Notes: generated from the sequence alone by a model not told the origin. DNA of 64,000 nt from an uncultured delta proteobacterium (GCA_963699755.1 CAVOVB010000003.1:448001-512000); one strand, 5' to 3'; counted from the first letter of the stretch, positions 36,273 through 47,150 are shown. Numbers and translations: made by a program.

Positions 36273-37874
36273 CTATTCGGTGACGAGCGGCGTGCAACCG
36301 ACGATGCCCAGGTCGCTAGCCGCGTTCTCGTAGCTCAGTAGCCTCCGATCATCTGTCTGGAGCGGGGCATCATAGCCTTCGGCGGACAAGCCCCGTATGT
36401 CGAAGGTGTCGGGGGCATCCCAGTCGGTGCACCAGACCCCATCCGCCTCCAAGAGAGCACTCGTGAATCCACTTTCGCGATCGCCGAGATCGTAGAGAGC
36501 GCCTAGGTCATCCTCTGAGGCTCCGAGTAGACTCGCCACTCCCGTCGTGAAGCCACCGATCCCGTCGCGCCGATTGACCAGCACGATACGACGACAGCCG
36601 ATCGCTCGGAGGACTTGCGCGGGTACCGGATCGGTCCATCCGCCCGCGGATACGCGTCCGTCCGGAAGCCGTACTGCGCGCGAGAGCCCTGGTTCGGCAG
36701 GGGAGCGCGTCAAGATGTCGCGCCATCGTGCGCTGCCGAGCCTGGAGAACTTTGCGCTCTTGGCGTCGGTAAATCTAAATCCGAGAACCAGCTCTGCGAT
36801 GAGCAGATCGATCGACCTTCCCCAATAGCCGAAGCGCACGTCGTTGAAGTCGACGTCGAACGTGATTGGTAGCGCCGCGAAGTAGTTCTCGAGTGCGGTT
36901 TCGAACACCGGAACAGCGTCGCCCTGCAAGACCGAGGTCGTGACGAGCGATCGCATGTATCGACCGATGGGATCGTCGAGTCGGGATCGGTCGCCATCAG
37001 TGCGAGCCGCGCGAAATCGTTCGAACAGCTCCGAGAAAAGCTCGCCGCACGTACTATTCCCAGCGGGTAGGTCCGCAATCTCAGGCCAATCGACGCCGAG
37101 TCCGGCCATCGCGCAGTCGGAGAAAAACGCCTCAAAACCCGACCGATCGAAAGGCGCATACCCGGCGTAGAAGCTGGCGAGTCGATCGACAAGCTCGACG
37201 AAGGCCTCGAAATTGATCAGTCCGGGTCGAACGAAGACGGTCGGATCATCGACCTCGAAGCTGGCCGCGGCGGCAAGGCTGTTGGCGAGATCGGTCGCGT
37301 GAAAGACAGGGTCCGGTGAATTGAGCAAAAGCTCGAAGATCTCCGGATTGATGATCTGCTGCAGCGCGGGATCGCCGAGAATGTCGAGGAGCGCCTCCAC
37401 GCCGGCGAAGGGGTCGGGGCCCTGAAGAAGTGCAAGCACACCCTCCTCTTGAACACCGGCAATCACGTCTGCAAGCGTGATGAAGTCCTCGATGAGCCCT
37501 GCCTCCTGGAGCCCTTGAAGAGACTTGAGGAGCAGGGCGATGCGCGCGCGAGACTCGAGCGGAGCGCACCGCTCGTGGCCACATTGCCTCACGAGTGGAT
37601 TGGCTTGAATGCTTTCAGTCACGAAAATCGTGATGCTGCCGGAGCTTCCACCGGCTGCGGCCGCGATCGGTCCGAACTCTTCGACGATTCGTGCGAGCGA
37701 AGTGAAGTGAGCCCAAAGCCTCGGCCCGTTTCCTCGAATGCCGGCGCAGACCGGGGTCGATGGTCCGAAACCGGACGAAAAGCCGCTCTGTTGGGCTTGC
37801 ACCGCCGGCGCAGCGACGTGGAAGAGCAAAACCGAGGCACCGACGGCTGAAAGGATGGACTTGCACCGAAGCAT
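36273..37874 (-). CDS. Secreted hypothetical protein with patatin-like GxSxG motif
   Basis: Signal peptide, GIRGNG followed by AGGSSGS; start chosen at MLRCKS. Confidence 0.65.
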   Translation of the reverse strand: MLRCKSILSAVGASVLLFHVAAPAVQAQQSGFSSGFGPSTPVCAGIRGNGPRLWAHFTSLARIVEEFGPIAAAAGGSSGSITIFVTESIQANPLVRQCGHERCAPLESRARIALLLKSLQGLQEAGLIEDFITLADVIAGVQEEGVLALLQGPDPFAGVEALLDILGDPALQQIINPEIFELLLNSPDPVFHATDLANSLAAAASFEVDDPTVFVRPGLINFEAFVELVDRLASFYAGYAPFDRSGFEAFFSDCAMAGLGVDWPEIADLPAGNSTCGELFSELFERFRAARTDGDRSRLDDPIGRYMRSLVTTSVLQGDAVPVFETALENYFAALPITFDVDFNDVRFGYWGRSIDLLIAELVLGFRFTDAKSAKFSRLGSARWRDILTRSPAEPGLSRAVRLPDGRVSAGGWTDPVPAQVLRAIGCRRIVLVNRRDGIGGFTTGVASLLGASEDDLGALYDLGDRESGFTSALLEADGVWCTDWDAPDTFDIRGLSAEGYDAPLQTDDRRLLSYENAASDLGIVGCTPLVTE

Positions 37875-37966
37875 GGAGGAGCTCCTCGATGGGAAGGGCG
37901 GAAACGGAGGATGTCGAAACTCGGAGGCTACTCGAAGCGGTCCTGTCATGGCAACGCCTCTTCGCT

Positions 37967-38707
37967 TCACCTTGTCCAGCCGCACCCCCGAGCGAAGTAG
38001 TCCCATCCTGCATCCTCTTGTGCCTGAAACCAAGACGGCCAGAAGTCCCGGGTTCGTCTGACGAAGTCGGCGATTTCGGGGTCTTCGCTCGCGGCGCGCT
38101 GCATCGCCTCGGAGTCGATGTCGATGAGTCCGGTGGCATTGCCCAGACCCGGAAGCTTCGTCGACAAGCGGGGGACGTTGGCACCTTCGGCCCAGCGATC
38201 GCTTGGATCGGAGGTAGGCAACAGTCCTGGTTGGTCGGACCATGCCTCGATGAATGTCATCTCGCCCTGGTCGTTGAACACGAACTCCTCATAGATTGGG
38301 CAGGAGCCAGCTTCGTACTCGAAGGAGACGTAGCAGCGGGCGAAAGGTTGCACGGAGAACGCGCGGCAATCACGCGTGGGGACCGTCGAGGGATCGAAAA
38401 AGAGCGCGATCTCCGTCGTTTCGACCATGTTGTCTCGACCGTACCCCGTCAGCAAGAGCCAGGGCGGCAACTCCCACCTTGCGACGAGCGTCGAATAGTT
38501 GGGAACACCGTTCGGATCGGCACTCGTGTCGAGAGTGTCGAAGTACTTGTTGGCCTGCTGGACGTAGTACTCGGGCGGCTGCTGCGGCCTCAGGGCAGTC
38601 GCCAGCGCATCGGACGAGCGCTCCGAGGACGAGTCCGACCCGCAGGCCATGGCAACCATCGCGAGGATGGTGACCGCAATCGAAAGTGAGATTGGTCGCA
38701 CCGTCAT
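37967..38707 (-). CDS. Putative lipoprotein
   Basis: Hydrophobic N-terminus with AMAC lipobox; AGGA RBS. Confidence 0.75.
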   Translation of the reverse strand: MTVRPISLSIAVTILAMVAMACGSDSSSERSSDALATALRPQQPPEYYVQQANKYFDTLDTSADPNGVPNYSTLVARWELPPWLLLTGYGRDNMVETTEIALFFDPSTVPTRDCRAFSVQPFARCYVSFEYEAGSCPIYEEFVFNDQGEMTFIEAWSDQPGLLPTSDPSDRWAEGANVPRLSTKLPGLGNATGLIDIDSEAMQRAASEDPEIADFVRRTRDFWPSWFQAQEDAGWDYFARGCGWTR

Positions 38708-38860
38708 CGTCCGTTTCCTTCGAACCGTCGCGAACCCGCAGCCCTTGAATCGGTGGCGCCAACCTTACCGAATGGTCTCCGCGCACGCCAGCTGCGGCCA
38801 CGATGTGACCGCGCCGCTTTTCTTGGCGCCTCCGTCGGGGACCGATAACCCCGCCTTGGT

Positions 38861-40164
38861 ATGACTAGGGGGCCGGACAGAGCGATGCGCTTGATGGCTG
38901 TTGCCGTTGTCTCGGTGGGCGCGGTGTTTTTCTGCGCACCCCATTGAGGGGGCGCTCAGGCCGCGCAGCTTGGCAAGCCCTCGGTGGACGGTGTCGAGCC
39001 CAAAACGGAGTTGGTCGACGAGCCGCCGCCCGCGGACCCCACGGATCTCTGTGATGAGGGCGTGCCCGACGAGGCAGCCCAGGCGGAGGAAGGCGTCGCC
39101 GAGGTCGAAAAAAGCAATGGAGGACGTGGAGGAGGAACCCGAAGAGGACCTCCCCGCGGAGTTCACCATCAAGTTTGGCGACACCTACGACTGGATTCGA
39201 CTGACCTCGCGCGAGTGGCTCAAGGCCGAGCTGCACTGGATGCGGGACAAGGACATCGAATTCGACAGCGACAAGCTCGATCTCCTGAATTTCGCATGGA
39301 GCAAGGTCAGCCGGTTTCATTCCCCTCCGATCAACACCTATGTCTTCGAAGGGAAGATCGATGTCGTAGGGCGGGCCGTCATCACGAAGGACAAGGTCAT
39401 CATCGAGATGGCGGACGGCGTCGTGAGCTACCCGAGCGATCAACTCCTGGTGATTCTCGAAGGGGCGAAGAGAGAGCGCAACTGGTAGTCGACTCGGCTG
39501 TTGGCCGGCTTCAGCGGAAATTCAGGTAACATGAATCAGCCCCAGTTGAACCTGCACTGGGATCTGGCGCGCACCGAGCTGCGCACGCGCTCGCAGCGGA
39601 GTTACGACGGGAGCTTTGCGTACGCCAACGGATCTCAGAACGTGAATCGCCACCTCGGAAGCGCTGACGTGACGGTCTACTACTCGCGGCGATTGCTTTT
39701 TTTTCACCGCGAGGGTCGAGTTTCTCAACGACCGGTTTCAAAACCTCGAGCTTCGTGCAACGCCGGCGGCCGGCGTCGGTGTTCACCTCTTTGATACGAA
39801 GAAGGTCGAATGGGATTTGGGAGGGGCGCTTGGCTACCAGTACACTCGATTCTTGAGCACCGCGGCGGGCTTGGAGAATCCAAGAAATGACTGGTTCATT
39901 GGCTTTCGGACCTACGCGGATATCGACTTCACTGACGACGTCGAGCTCATCATGGAGTGGACCAGCAACGTGGTTTATACCAAGATCGGGCTTACCAACC
40001 ACGTCGGTAGCACGAAGTTCAGCGTCGAGATCACCGACATCTTCGACCTCGAAATGACATTCAAGTTCTTCCGAACCGAACGACCGCCACCGCGAGCCGA
40101 TGGCACAGTCCCCAAAAGAAACGACTACCAGCTAATCGTCGGCCTCGCCCTCGAGATCGGCTAG
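38861..40164 (+). pseudogene. DUF481-like outer-membrane beta-barrel, disrupted
   Basis: DWIRLTSREWLKAEL N-domain, in-frame TAG at 39486-39488, frameshifts near 39000-39100 and 39700-39800, C-terminal strand DYQLIVGLALEIG. Confidence 0.75.
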
Positions 40165-40185
40165 ACTTCCCCCGTGCCGGGCCGA

Positions 40186-40779
40186 ATGCTCCCTCGCCAG
40201 TTCTATGCACGCGACGCCCTCGACGTCGCACGCGATCTCCTCGGCCAAGAGCTCTGGCACGAGGGCGTCGGTCTCCGCATCACCGAGGTCGAGGCCTATC
40301 GCTACCCCGATGACAGCGCCAATCACTGCCGGGCAGGCCTCACGGAGCGGAATGCGCCTATGTGGGGTCCGCCGGGGCACGCTTACGTGTATTTGTGTTA
40401 CGGCATTCATCAGATGCTGAATCTCGTAACCAATTGCGTCGGGGAGGGCGCCGCCGTTTTGATCCGCTCCTGCGAGCCCATCGCGGGGCAGCGCACGATT
40501 CGACGCCGTCGCGGTGGCAAGGACGGCCCGGTGCTGCTTACCGGGCCAGGCAAGGTCGGTCAGGCCTTGGGCCTCGACGCGAGCTTCAGTGGCCAGCCTC
40601 TCTATCGCCGCGGCGGGCTCGAAGTGCGGGAAGGCGAGCGCGCAACTGAGATCATCGTCGGCTCGCGGATCGGCATCGGCTACGCAGAGCCCGAGCATCA
40701 GCGCGCCGAGTGGCGTTTGGCGATCGCGGGCTCGCCCTGGGTGAGCCATGCGCGTGACCTTCGAGGCGCGCCGCGATGA
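40186..40779 (+). CDS. mpg: DNA-3-methyladenine glycosylase (AAG/MPG family)
   Basis: VARDLLG, ITEVEAY, GHAYVYLCYG, AVLIR, GPGK, RIGI. Confidence 0.93.
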   Translation: MLPRQFYARDALDVARDLLGQELWHEGVGLRITEVEAYRYPDDSANHCRAGLTERNAPMWGPPGHAYVYLCYGIHQMLNLVTNCVGEGAAVLIRSCEPIAGQRTIRRRRGGKDGPVLLTGPGKVGQALGLDASFSGQPLYRRGGLEVREGERATEIIVGSRIGIGYAEPEHQRAEWRLAIAGSPWVSHARDLRGAPR

Positions 40780-41177
40780 GCCCGCTGACCACCAGCTCGA
40801 GCGCAGAAACCAGCGGCATCTTGGTCGAGGTGCAGAGCTTCTACCTCGAAGAACGGTCCCACCCAGCGCAGCGACGCTTCGTCTTCGCCTACACCATCAC
40901 GATCACCAACAACGGGCGCGACACCGTCCAGCTTCGAACGCGCCACTGGATCATCAGCGATGGCCACGGCGATATAGATGAGGTGAAAGGCCCCGGCGTC
41001 GTGGGTGAGCAGCCGGTGCTCAGGCCGGGGGAAAGCTTCCGCTACAGCAGCGGCGCGGTGCTACCCACCGAGCGAGGCACGATGCACGGCACCTATCAGA
41101 TGTATCGCGCGAACGGCTCTCAATTCGACGCCGAGATCGCACCCTTCCTTCTAGAGCGGCCGTACTCGCTGAACTAG
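40776..41177 (+). CDS. apaG: ApaG protein
   Basis: FAYTITITN, QLRTRHWII, GPGVVGEQP, GTMHGTY. Confidence 0.95.
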   Translation: MSPLTTSSSAETSGILVEVQSFYLEERSHPAQRRFVFAYTITITNNGRDTVQLRTRHWIISDGHGDIDEVKGPGVVGEQPVLRPGESFRYSSGAVLPTERGTMHGTYQMYRANGSQFDAEIAPFLLERPYSLN

Positions 41178-41674
41178 TTGCCGCTATCCCAGGCGGTTTT
41201 GATCGCCTTGTAGGTTTCGATGCCGCTTGGGCTGAGGTCTAGGGCGCCTTCGCCGATCAGGTGTTGATGGATGTCCTTCGGATCGGTCTTCCAACCTTTG
41301 GGCACCTCGAGCTTCACGTTCACCGGGACGCCGCCGAGGAGGCCTTGCTCCTCCATCGTCCAGAGCGCCTCGGCCGCGAGGAACTGCCCGGCGATTTTTC
41401 GGAACTCAGGTTTGAGATGGCTCGCCAGAGGGAAGACGTCGTAAAGACCTACCGCGTCCCCGGGCACGGCAAGCGGCTGGCGGAGAGCCTTGAACACCGG
41501 CGCGGCAATTGGAAGCTCGACCAGCTCGAGCCCCGCGATTTCTTGACCCCGACTTGCGTTCAACGAACGTTCGTAGGCGTCCCCGTGGCTGCGGCTGATT
41601 TCGGCAGGGCGTGCCGAGCTGTCTAGAAGCACCGTAATCACGAGATACGGGCGTGGGTCTCGCTCATCGTTCAT
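41174..41674 (-). CDS. Hypothetical protein
   Basis: ATG at 41674; globular composition; fills the gap between apaG and the YrdC-family gene. Confidence 0.7.
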   Translation of the reverse strand: MNDERDPRPYLVITVLLDSSARPAEISRSHGDAYERSLNASRGQEIAGLELVELPIAAPVFKALRQPLAVPGDAVGLYDVFPLASHLKPEFRKIAGQFLAAEALWTMEEQGLLGGVPVNVKLEVPKGWKTDPKDIHQHLIGEGALDLSPSGIETYKAIKTAWDSGN

Positions 41675-41767
41675 TGGCGGGCGACTAGTTAGCGCATTTG
41701 CGACGGCTTGGGTAGTGCTCGTCGCCTTGACCCCTGCTCGGCCCGTCGCTACCTGGAGCGGCGCCAG

Positions 41768-42367
41768 ATGCGCATCGAGATTCACCCCACGCACCCGCAG
41801 CCCCGACGGATCCAACAAGCGGTGGAAGTTCTCCGGCGTGGCGGGGTGATCGTGTATCCGACCGGCACTGTCTACGGGCTCGGCTGCGACATCCATCAGA
41901 AGAAGGCCATCGAACGCATCTATCAGATTCGGCAGCTCAAGAAGGACCACCCCCTGAGCTTCATGTGCCCGGACCTGAGCAATATCGCCCGATACGCGCA
42001 CGTCGACGATTTCGCCTACCGGATCATGAAGCGCCTCGTGCCGGGGCCGTATACCTTTGTGCTTCAGGCCAGCCGTGAGGTACCGAAGCTTCTGGTGCGC
42101 AAACAGAAGACCGTCGGGATTCGCGTGCCCGACGACAAAATCGCGCTGGCGCTCCTAAACGAGCTTGGAAGCCCGATCGTCTCGAGCTCCGCCAGCATCG
42201 GCGGCCAGATTCTCAACGACCCGGACGAGTTGAGCGCACGGTTCTCGCATGTCGATGTCGTCATCGATGGCGGCTGGGGCGGCATCGAGCCCTCGACCGT
42301 GATCGACCTCAGTGGCGACGAGGCCCAGGTCTTGCGCCAAGGCGCCGGGCCGGTCGACCTCCTCTAA
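41768..42367 (+). CDS. Sua5/YciO/YrdC family protein
   Basis: GGVIVYPTGTVYGLGC, PGPYTFVL, TVGIRVP, PSTVIDL; GGAG RBS. Confidence 0.92.
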   Translation: MRIEIHPTHPQPRRIQQAVEVLRRGGVIVYPTGTVYGLGCDIHQKKAIERIYQIRQLKKDHPLSFMCPDLSNIARYAHVDDFAYRIMKRLVPGPYTFVLQASREVPKLLVRKQKTVGIRVPDDKIALALLNELGSPIVSSSASIGGQILNDPDELSARFSHVDVVIDGGWGGIEPSTVIDLSGDEAQVLRQGAGPVDLL

Positions 42368-42919
42368 CTAGGTCCGAATTGCGGTGTCGCGCGCTTCCGC
42401 GATGAGGCTCCGGAGAAGCTTCGTCCATTCCCTATATCGCGGAGCTTCACGCATCTGTTCGACGAGACGGTCCGCCGTCCAATCGTCGCGACCCTTGTAC
42501 TGCTTCACCGCTGCCCAGTTGGCGAGGTGCTGATCCCACTGCTCCGCGGTCCAAGAGCCCACTTCACCCGAGCTGAAAATGAAGAGATGATCGTGTGCGA
42601 GATCGGCGCCGGCGATCCAAAGGCCGGTGTTGGAAATGAAAGGTCCGAGCGACCGGATGATGAGTTTGCGCTCAGCACCACGCCCCAACGGTTCGAGGGC
42701 GCGATCGAACTGCTCCCAGCTTCGCGTCAGGGTCCGGACCCGTTCTTCGGAGATGGGCATGTGCGGCTTGAACGCGCCCGGCGCCACACGGGCGTCGTGA
42801 TCGTTGTGGATACGAACGCCGTGCCTCTCTTCGGCCTCGCGATACGCCTGGAGAGCCACTTCACGTGACGCCTCGCCGTCGAGGTGACTGAGGAAGGAGG
42901 CGATGAGGGGGCGAGTCAA
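42368..42919 (-). CDS. Hypothetical protein
   Basis: 183-aa ORF directly downstream of coaBC on the same strand. Confidence 0.65.
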   Translation of the reverse strand: MTRPLIASFLSHLDGEASREVALQAYREAEERHGVRIHNDHDARVAPGAFKPHMPISEERVRTLTRSWEQFDRALEPLGRGAERKLIIRSLGPFISNTGLWIAGADLAHDHLFIFSSGEVGSWTAEQWDQHLANWAAVKQYKGRDDWTADRLVEQMREAPRYREWTKLLRSLIAEARDTAIRT

Positions 42920-42931
42920 TGTCCGTTCCAG

Positions 42932-44164
42932 TCAGTTGGGGGCTCCCCGCTCGGCCTCGTGTCGAGACTTCCGCGAGGGGTTCTTCAACAGCGTTCGCAC
43001 GCGGTCGAGGATCTGATCCGCTAGGGCGCGCTTGCTCATCTCGGGGAGCGGGGTGGCGGACGTCTCATCGACGAGCGTCGCGCGGTTGCTGTTCCCACCA
43101 AGCCCCGCGGCCGCTTCGTTGGCGACGATCAGGTCGGCAGCCTTTCGCTCGAGCTTGTTTCGCGCCGCTTGCTCGAGGTTCTCGGTTTCGAGGGCGAACC
43201 CGACCAAGACGAGAGGTCGTTGAACCCGCTTGGCGCCGACGTCAGCCAGGATGTCTGGGTTACGCACCAGCTCGAGCTTCAAGCCGCCGCCCTTCTTGAT
43301 CTTCTGCGTAGCGCGTTGCGCCGGGCGATAATCGGCGACCGCTGCGGCCATGATGGCGACGTCGAATCGATCGAAGCGGGACATCACGGCCGCGTGCATC
43401 TCCTCGGCGGAGCGCACGCGAACGACCTCCGCACCAGACGGGACGGGCAGCTCCACGGGCCCGCTCACGATCGTGACCTCGGCTCCGCGGCGAAGCGCCT
43501 GGGCGGCAATCGCGTAGCCCATGCGCCCGCTCGAACGGTTTCCGAGAAAGCGAACGGGGTCGAGGTCTTCATGGGTGGGGCCGGCGGTGATCAAGACGCG
43601 GACGCCCTCGAGATCATTCAAGTGCGTCAGGTGGGACTCGAGCGCTTCGGCGATGTCCTCGGGCTCCATCATACGGCCTTCGCCCAGCTCTCCATTGGCG
43701 AGCGGGCCGGTCACTGGGCCGAGGATGATGGCGCCGCGCTCAGTGAGCGACCGGACGTTTGACTGGGTGGCTGCGTGCGACCACATGCGCTGGTGCATCG
43801 CCGGTGCGAAAAAGACATCGCCGCGGGCGCAGGCCAAGGTCGCGAGGACCACATCGTTGGCTTGTCCGATGGCTGCGCGCGCCATGAGGTTCATCGTGGC
43901 CGGAGCAATGACGATGGCGTCGGCCCAGTCGCCGAGCTCGACGTGCACCTCACCGGCGTAGTCTTCGGCCCAGAGGTCGGTCACCGCTGGCTTTCCGGTC
44001 AAGCCCGCAAATGTAATCGGCCCTACAAACCGGCGGGACGCATCGGTCATCACCACCCGAACTTCGGCGCCGCGTCGCATGAGCTCACGAACGAGCCCCA
44101 CCGCCTTGAAGGCGGCGATTCCGCCTCCCAAGCCGACGACGATGTGCTTTCCCTGAAGGGACAT
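42932..44164 (-). CDS. coaBC: Bifunctional phosphopantothenoylcysteine decarboxylase/synthase
   Basis: GGIAAFKA, APAMHQRM, ITAGPT.E.LDPVRFLGNRSSGRMG, AAVADY, VGFALET. Confidence 0.96.
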   Translation of the reverse strand: MSLQGKHIVVGLGGGIAAFKAVGLVRELMRRGAEVRVVMTDASRRFVGPITFAGLTGKPAVTDLWAEDYAGEVHVELGDWADAIVIAPATMNLMARAAIGQANDVVLATLACARGDVFFAPAMHQRMWSHAATQSNVRSLTERGAIILGPVTGPLANGELGEGRMMEPEDIAEALESHLTHLNDLEGVRVLITAGPTHEDLDPVRFLGNRSSGRMGYAIAAQALRRGAEVTIVSGPVELPVPSGAEVVRVRSAEEMHAAVMSRFDRFDVAIMAAAVADYRPAQRATQKIKKGGGLKLELVRNPDILADVGAKRVQRPLVLVGFALETENLEQAARNKLERKAADLIVANEAAAGLGGNSNRATLVDETSATPLPEMSKRALADQILDRVRTLLKNPSRKSRHEAERGAPN

Positions 44165-44258
44165 CTTCGGAGCAGTCTAGCAGGGGTGGACCTGTTTGGG
44201 CGGCCCATCTGTGGCTTTCCGGACTGAACGGAAGAGGGGTGCTGCGCAGCTCGAAAGC

Positions 44259-45512
44259 TCAGTGAATCGGCACGCCAGGGGCCGGGAACTGGTCGCAGAG
44301 CTCTTTGATCTCGCCGGCCACGCGCGAGATGAGCGCTTCGTTCTCCACGTCGTCCACGACGTCAGCCATCCAGTTGCCCAGGCGCTTCATCTCATCGGCG
44401 CCCATGCCCCGGCTGGTGATCGCCGGCGTGCCGAGGCGAATGCCACTCGGGTCGAAGGGCTTGCGGGTGTCGAATGGTACCGAGTTGTAGTTGGCCACCA
44501 TGCCAGCGCGGTCGAGGGCTTGTGCAGCCACCTTGCCTGGCACGTCCTTGCCGGTAAGGTCGATCAAGATCAGGTGATTGTCGCTCCCGCCAGTCACGAG
44601 GTCGAAGCCCCGCGAGAGCAACGCGTCCGCGAGCACGCGGGAGTTGTCGACGATCGCCCGGGCGTAGGTCTTGAACTCTTCGGTCATCGCCAGCTTGGCC
44701 GCGATGGCGATGCCAGCGGTCGTTCCGTTGTGCGGCCCACCCTGAAGGCCGGGGAAAACGGCGCGGTCGATCGCCTTCTTGTGCTCGTCGTTGCAGAGGA
44801 TCATGCCGCCCCGTGGGCCGCGAAACGTCTTGTGCGTCGTGCTGCTGATCACCTCGGCATATCCGACCGGGGAAGGGTGCGCGCCGCCAGCGACGAGCCC
44901 GGAGATGTGGGCGATGTCGGCCACGAGAATCGCCCCGACCTCTTGCGCAATCTCAGCGAACCTTCCGAAGTCGACCATTCGCGGGTACGCCGTCGCCCCA
45001 CAGAAGAGGAGCTTCGGCTTGTGCTCTCGCGCGAGGGACGCCACCTGGTCGAAATCGATGAGATGGTCTTCGCGCCGCACGCCGTACTGAATGGCGTTGA
45101 AATACTTGCCGGAAATCGAGACCTTCCAGCCGTGGGTGAGGTGGCCGCCGCTCGGCAGCCCCATGCCCATGATCGTGTCGCCCGGGTCGCAGAACGCGAA
45201 GTAGACGGCTAGGTTCGCAGGCGAGCCGGAGTAGGGCTGCACGTTCGCGTGGTCTACGCCGAACAGCGCCTTGAGGCGCTCAATCGCGAGCGTCTCGACG
45301 GCGTCGATGTTCTGTTGGCCTTCGTAGTAGCGCTTGCCGGCGTACCCCTCGGAATACTTGTTGTTGAGGACGCTGCCACAGGCCTCCATGACGGCGGTGC
45401 TCGCGTAATTCTCGCTCGGAATGAGCCGGAGCTTTTGGTGCTGGCGCCGCTCTTCATCGGCGATGCACTGGGCGATTTCGGGGTCTGCTTCCTGCAGCGG
45501 TAGGTCGGCCAT
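44259..45512 (-). CDS. glyA: Serine hydroxymethyltransferase
   Basis: LIPSENY, NKYSEGY, NVQPYSGS, GGHLTHG, TTHKTFRGPRGG, SGIRLGT. Confidence 0.97.
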   Translation of the reverse strand: MADLPLQEADPEIAQCIADEERRQHQKLRLIPSENYASTAVMEACGSVLNNKYSEGYAGKRYYEGQQNIDAVETLAIERLKALFGVDHANVQPYSGSPANLAVYFAFCDPGDTIMGMGLPSGGHLTHGWKVSISGKYFNAIQYGVRREDHLIDFDQVASLAREHKPKLLFCGATAYPRMVDFGRFAEIAQEVGAILVADIAHISGLVAGGAHPSPVGYAEVISSTTHKTFRGPRGGMILCNDEHKKAIDRAVFPGLQGGPHNGTTAGIAIAAKLAMTEEFKTYARAIVDNSRVLADALLSRGFDLVTGGSDNHLILIDLTGKDVPGKVAAQALDRAGMVANYNSVPFDTRKPFDPSGIRLGTPAITSRGMGADEMKRLGNWMADVVDDVENEALISRVAGEIKELCDQFPAPGVPIH

Positions 45513-45580
45513 GTTTGCTCCGTGTTGTCCTCTAAGCGGGGCCTTAGCACGTTTGTCCTATCGGTGTTATTCGGACTGCC

Positions 45581-47062
45581 GTGAGCGAGTATTTTCCGAG
45601 CCCTGAAGAGTTCGAACACCTCGGCCAGGGCGCCACGGTGGTTCCCGTGTACCGCGAGGTCATCGCCGATCGGCTCACACCTGTTCTTGCGCACGCCACC
45701 CTGGGCCAAGACGCTGGCAGCTATCTGCTCGAGAGCGTCGTCGGCGGCGAAAAGTGGGCACGCTACAGTTTCGTCGGCTTTGCACCCGAGCTGATCGTGC
45801 GGGGCGTCGCGGACAAGTTCGAACGTGTCCAGGACGGCGACGTGCACGAAGAGCTCGACGTGGACCCCTGGCAGCGGCTCCGCGAAACGCTCGCCGAATG
45901 GAAGCCACCCGAGGTCGATTGGCTTCCACGATTTTGGGGCGGTGCAGTTGGTTACGTGAGCTACGATTCGGTGCGAACCTTCGAGCCGACGGTCGGCGCG
46001 CCGCTCGAGCGCGACGACGACTGGGAGTTCTGCTTTGCAATCGGCGGGACGGTTCTGGTCTTCGACAACGTGCGTGGCACCTTACGCGTCGTCGTGCCCG
46101 CGCGCGGAGACGGTGACGCCAAGGTCGCCTATGAGCAGGCCGTCGCTCGAATCGAGGCAACGCTTGCAGCGCTCGACCATCCGATTCTGCCGCGCCGATT
46201 GCATCCGCCGAGCTCGATCGGCGAGCTGGAGCTTCCGGCGTCGTCTTTTGATCGTCCGGGCTTCTGCGCAGCGGTCGAGAAGGCCAAGGAGCACATCCGC
46301 GCCGGCGACATCTTTCAAGTCGTCCTCTCGCAACGCTTCAGAGTACCGCTCGGCGACACCGACGTCTTCGACGTCTACCGCGCCATGCGGATCATCAACC
46401 CGAGCCCGTACATGTACTTCCTTCGCTTGCCCGATCGCATCGTTGCGGGTGCGAGCCCCGAGACCCTCGTCCGCCTTGAAGACGATCAGGTTCACGTGCG
46501 CCCGATCGCAGGAACCCGACATCGCGGCCGCACCGAGGACGAGGACCGCGAAATCGAGGAAGACCTCCTCGCCGATCCCAAGGAGCGCGCGGAGCACATC
46601 ATGCTCGTTGACCTTGGCCGGAACGACGTCGGCCGGATCAGCCGGCCAGGCACCGTCCGCGTGACCGATCGAATGGTCGTTGAGCGCTACTCCCACGTCA
46701 TGCACATCGTTTCCAATGTCGTCGGCGACCTAGCCCCCGGCCGCGACGCCCTCGACGTACTCCGCGCCACCTTTCCCGCCGGCACGCTGAGCGGCGCACC
46801 GAAGGTACGCGCCATGCAGATCATCGAAGAGCTCGAGCCCGAACGCCGCGGCGTGTACGGCGGCGCCGTCGGCTACATCGGCTTTGACGGCAACATGGAC
46901 GTAGCCATCGCCATCCGGACCATCGTCGCACACCAAAACGAAATGTGGCTCCAAGCCGGCGCCGGCATCGTGGAAGCGAGCGACCCGGACAAAGAGTACG
47001 AAGAGACCGTCAACAAAGCACGGGCAGGGCTCGTTGCGGTGAAGGCGGGCCAGACGGCGTAG
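45581..47062 (+). CDS. trpE: Anthranilate synthase component I
   Basis: LLESVVGGEKWARYS, AGDIFQVVLS, NPSPYM, PIAGT, EHIMLVDLGRND, GAPKVRAM. Confidence 0.95.
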   Translation: MSEYFPSPEEFEHLGQGATVVPVYREVIADRLTPVLAHATLGQDAGSYLLESVVGGEKWARYSFVGFAPELIVRGVADKFERVQDGDVHEELDVDPWQRLRETLAEWKPPEVDWLPRFWGGAVGYVSYDSVRTFEPTVGAPLERDDDWEFCFAIGGTVLVFDNVRGTLRVVVPARGDGDAKVAYEQAVARIEATLAALDHPILPRRLHPPSSIGELELPASSFDRPGFCAAVEKAKEHIRAGDIFQVVLSQRFRVPLGDTDVFDVYRAMRIINPSPYMYFLRLPDRIVAGASPETLVRLEDDQVHVRPIAGTRHRGRTEDEDREIEEDLLADPKERAEHIMLVDLGRNDVGRISRPGTVRVTDRMVVERYSHVMHIVSNVVGDLAPGRDALDVLRATFPAGTLSGAPKVRAMQIIEELEPERRGVYGGAVGYIGFDGNMDVAIAIRTIVAHQNEMWLQAGAGIVEASDPDKEYEETVNKARAGLVAVKAGQTA

Positions 47063-47150
47063 AACTCAGTCCGCGGCGAGGCTTGGGCGGCGGTCCCTGC
47101 TCGGAAGCGCATCTGGCCAACTCGCTGCCGCGTTGCGCGGGGGGTCTGCT

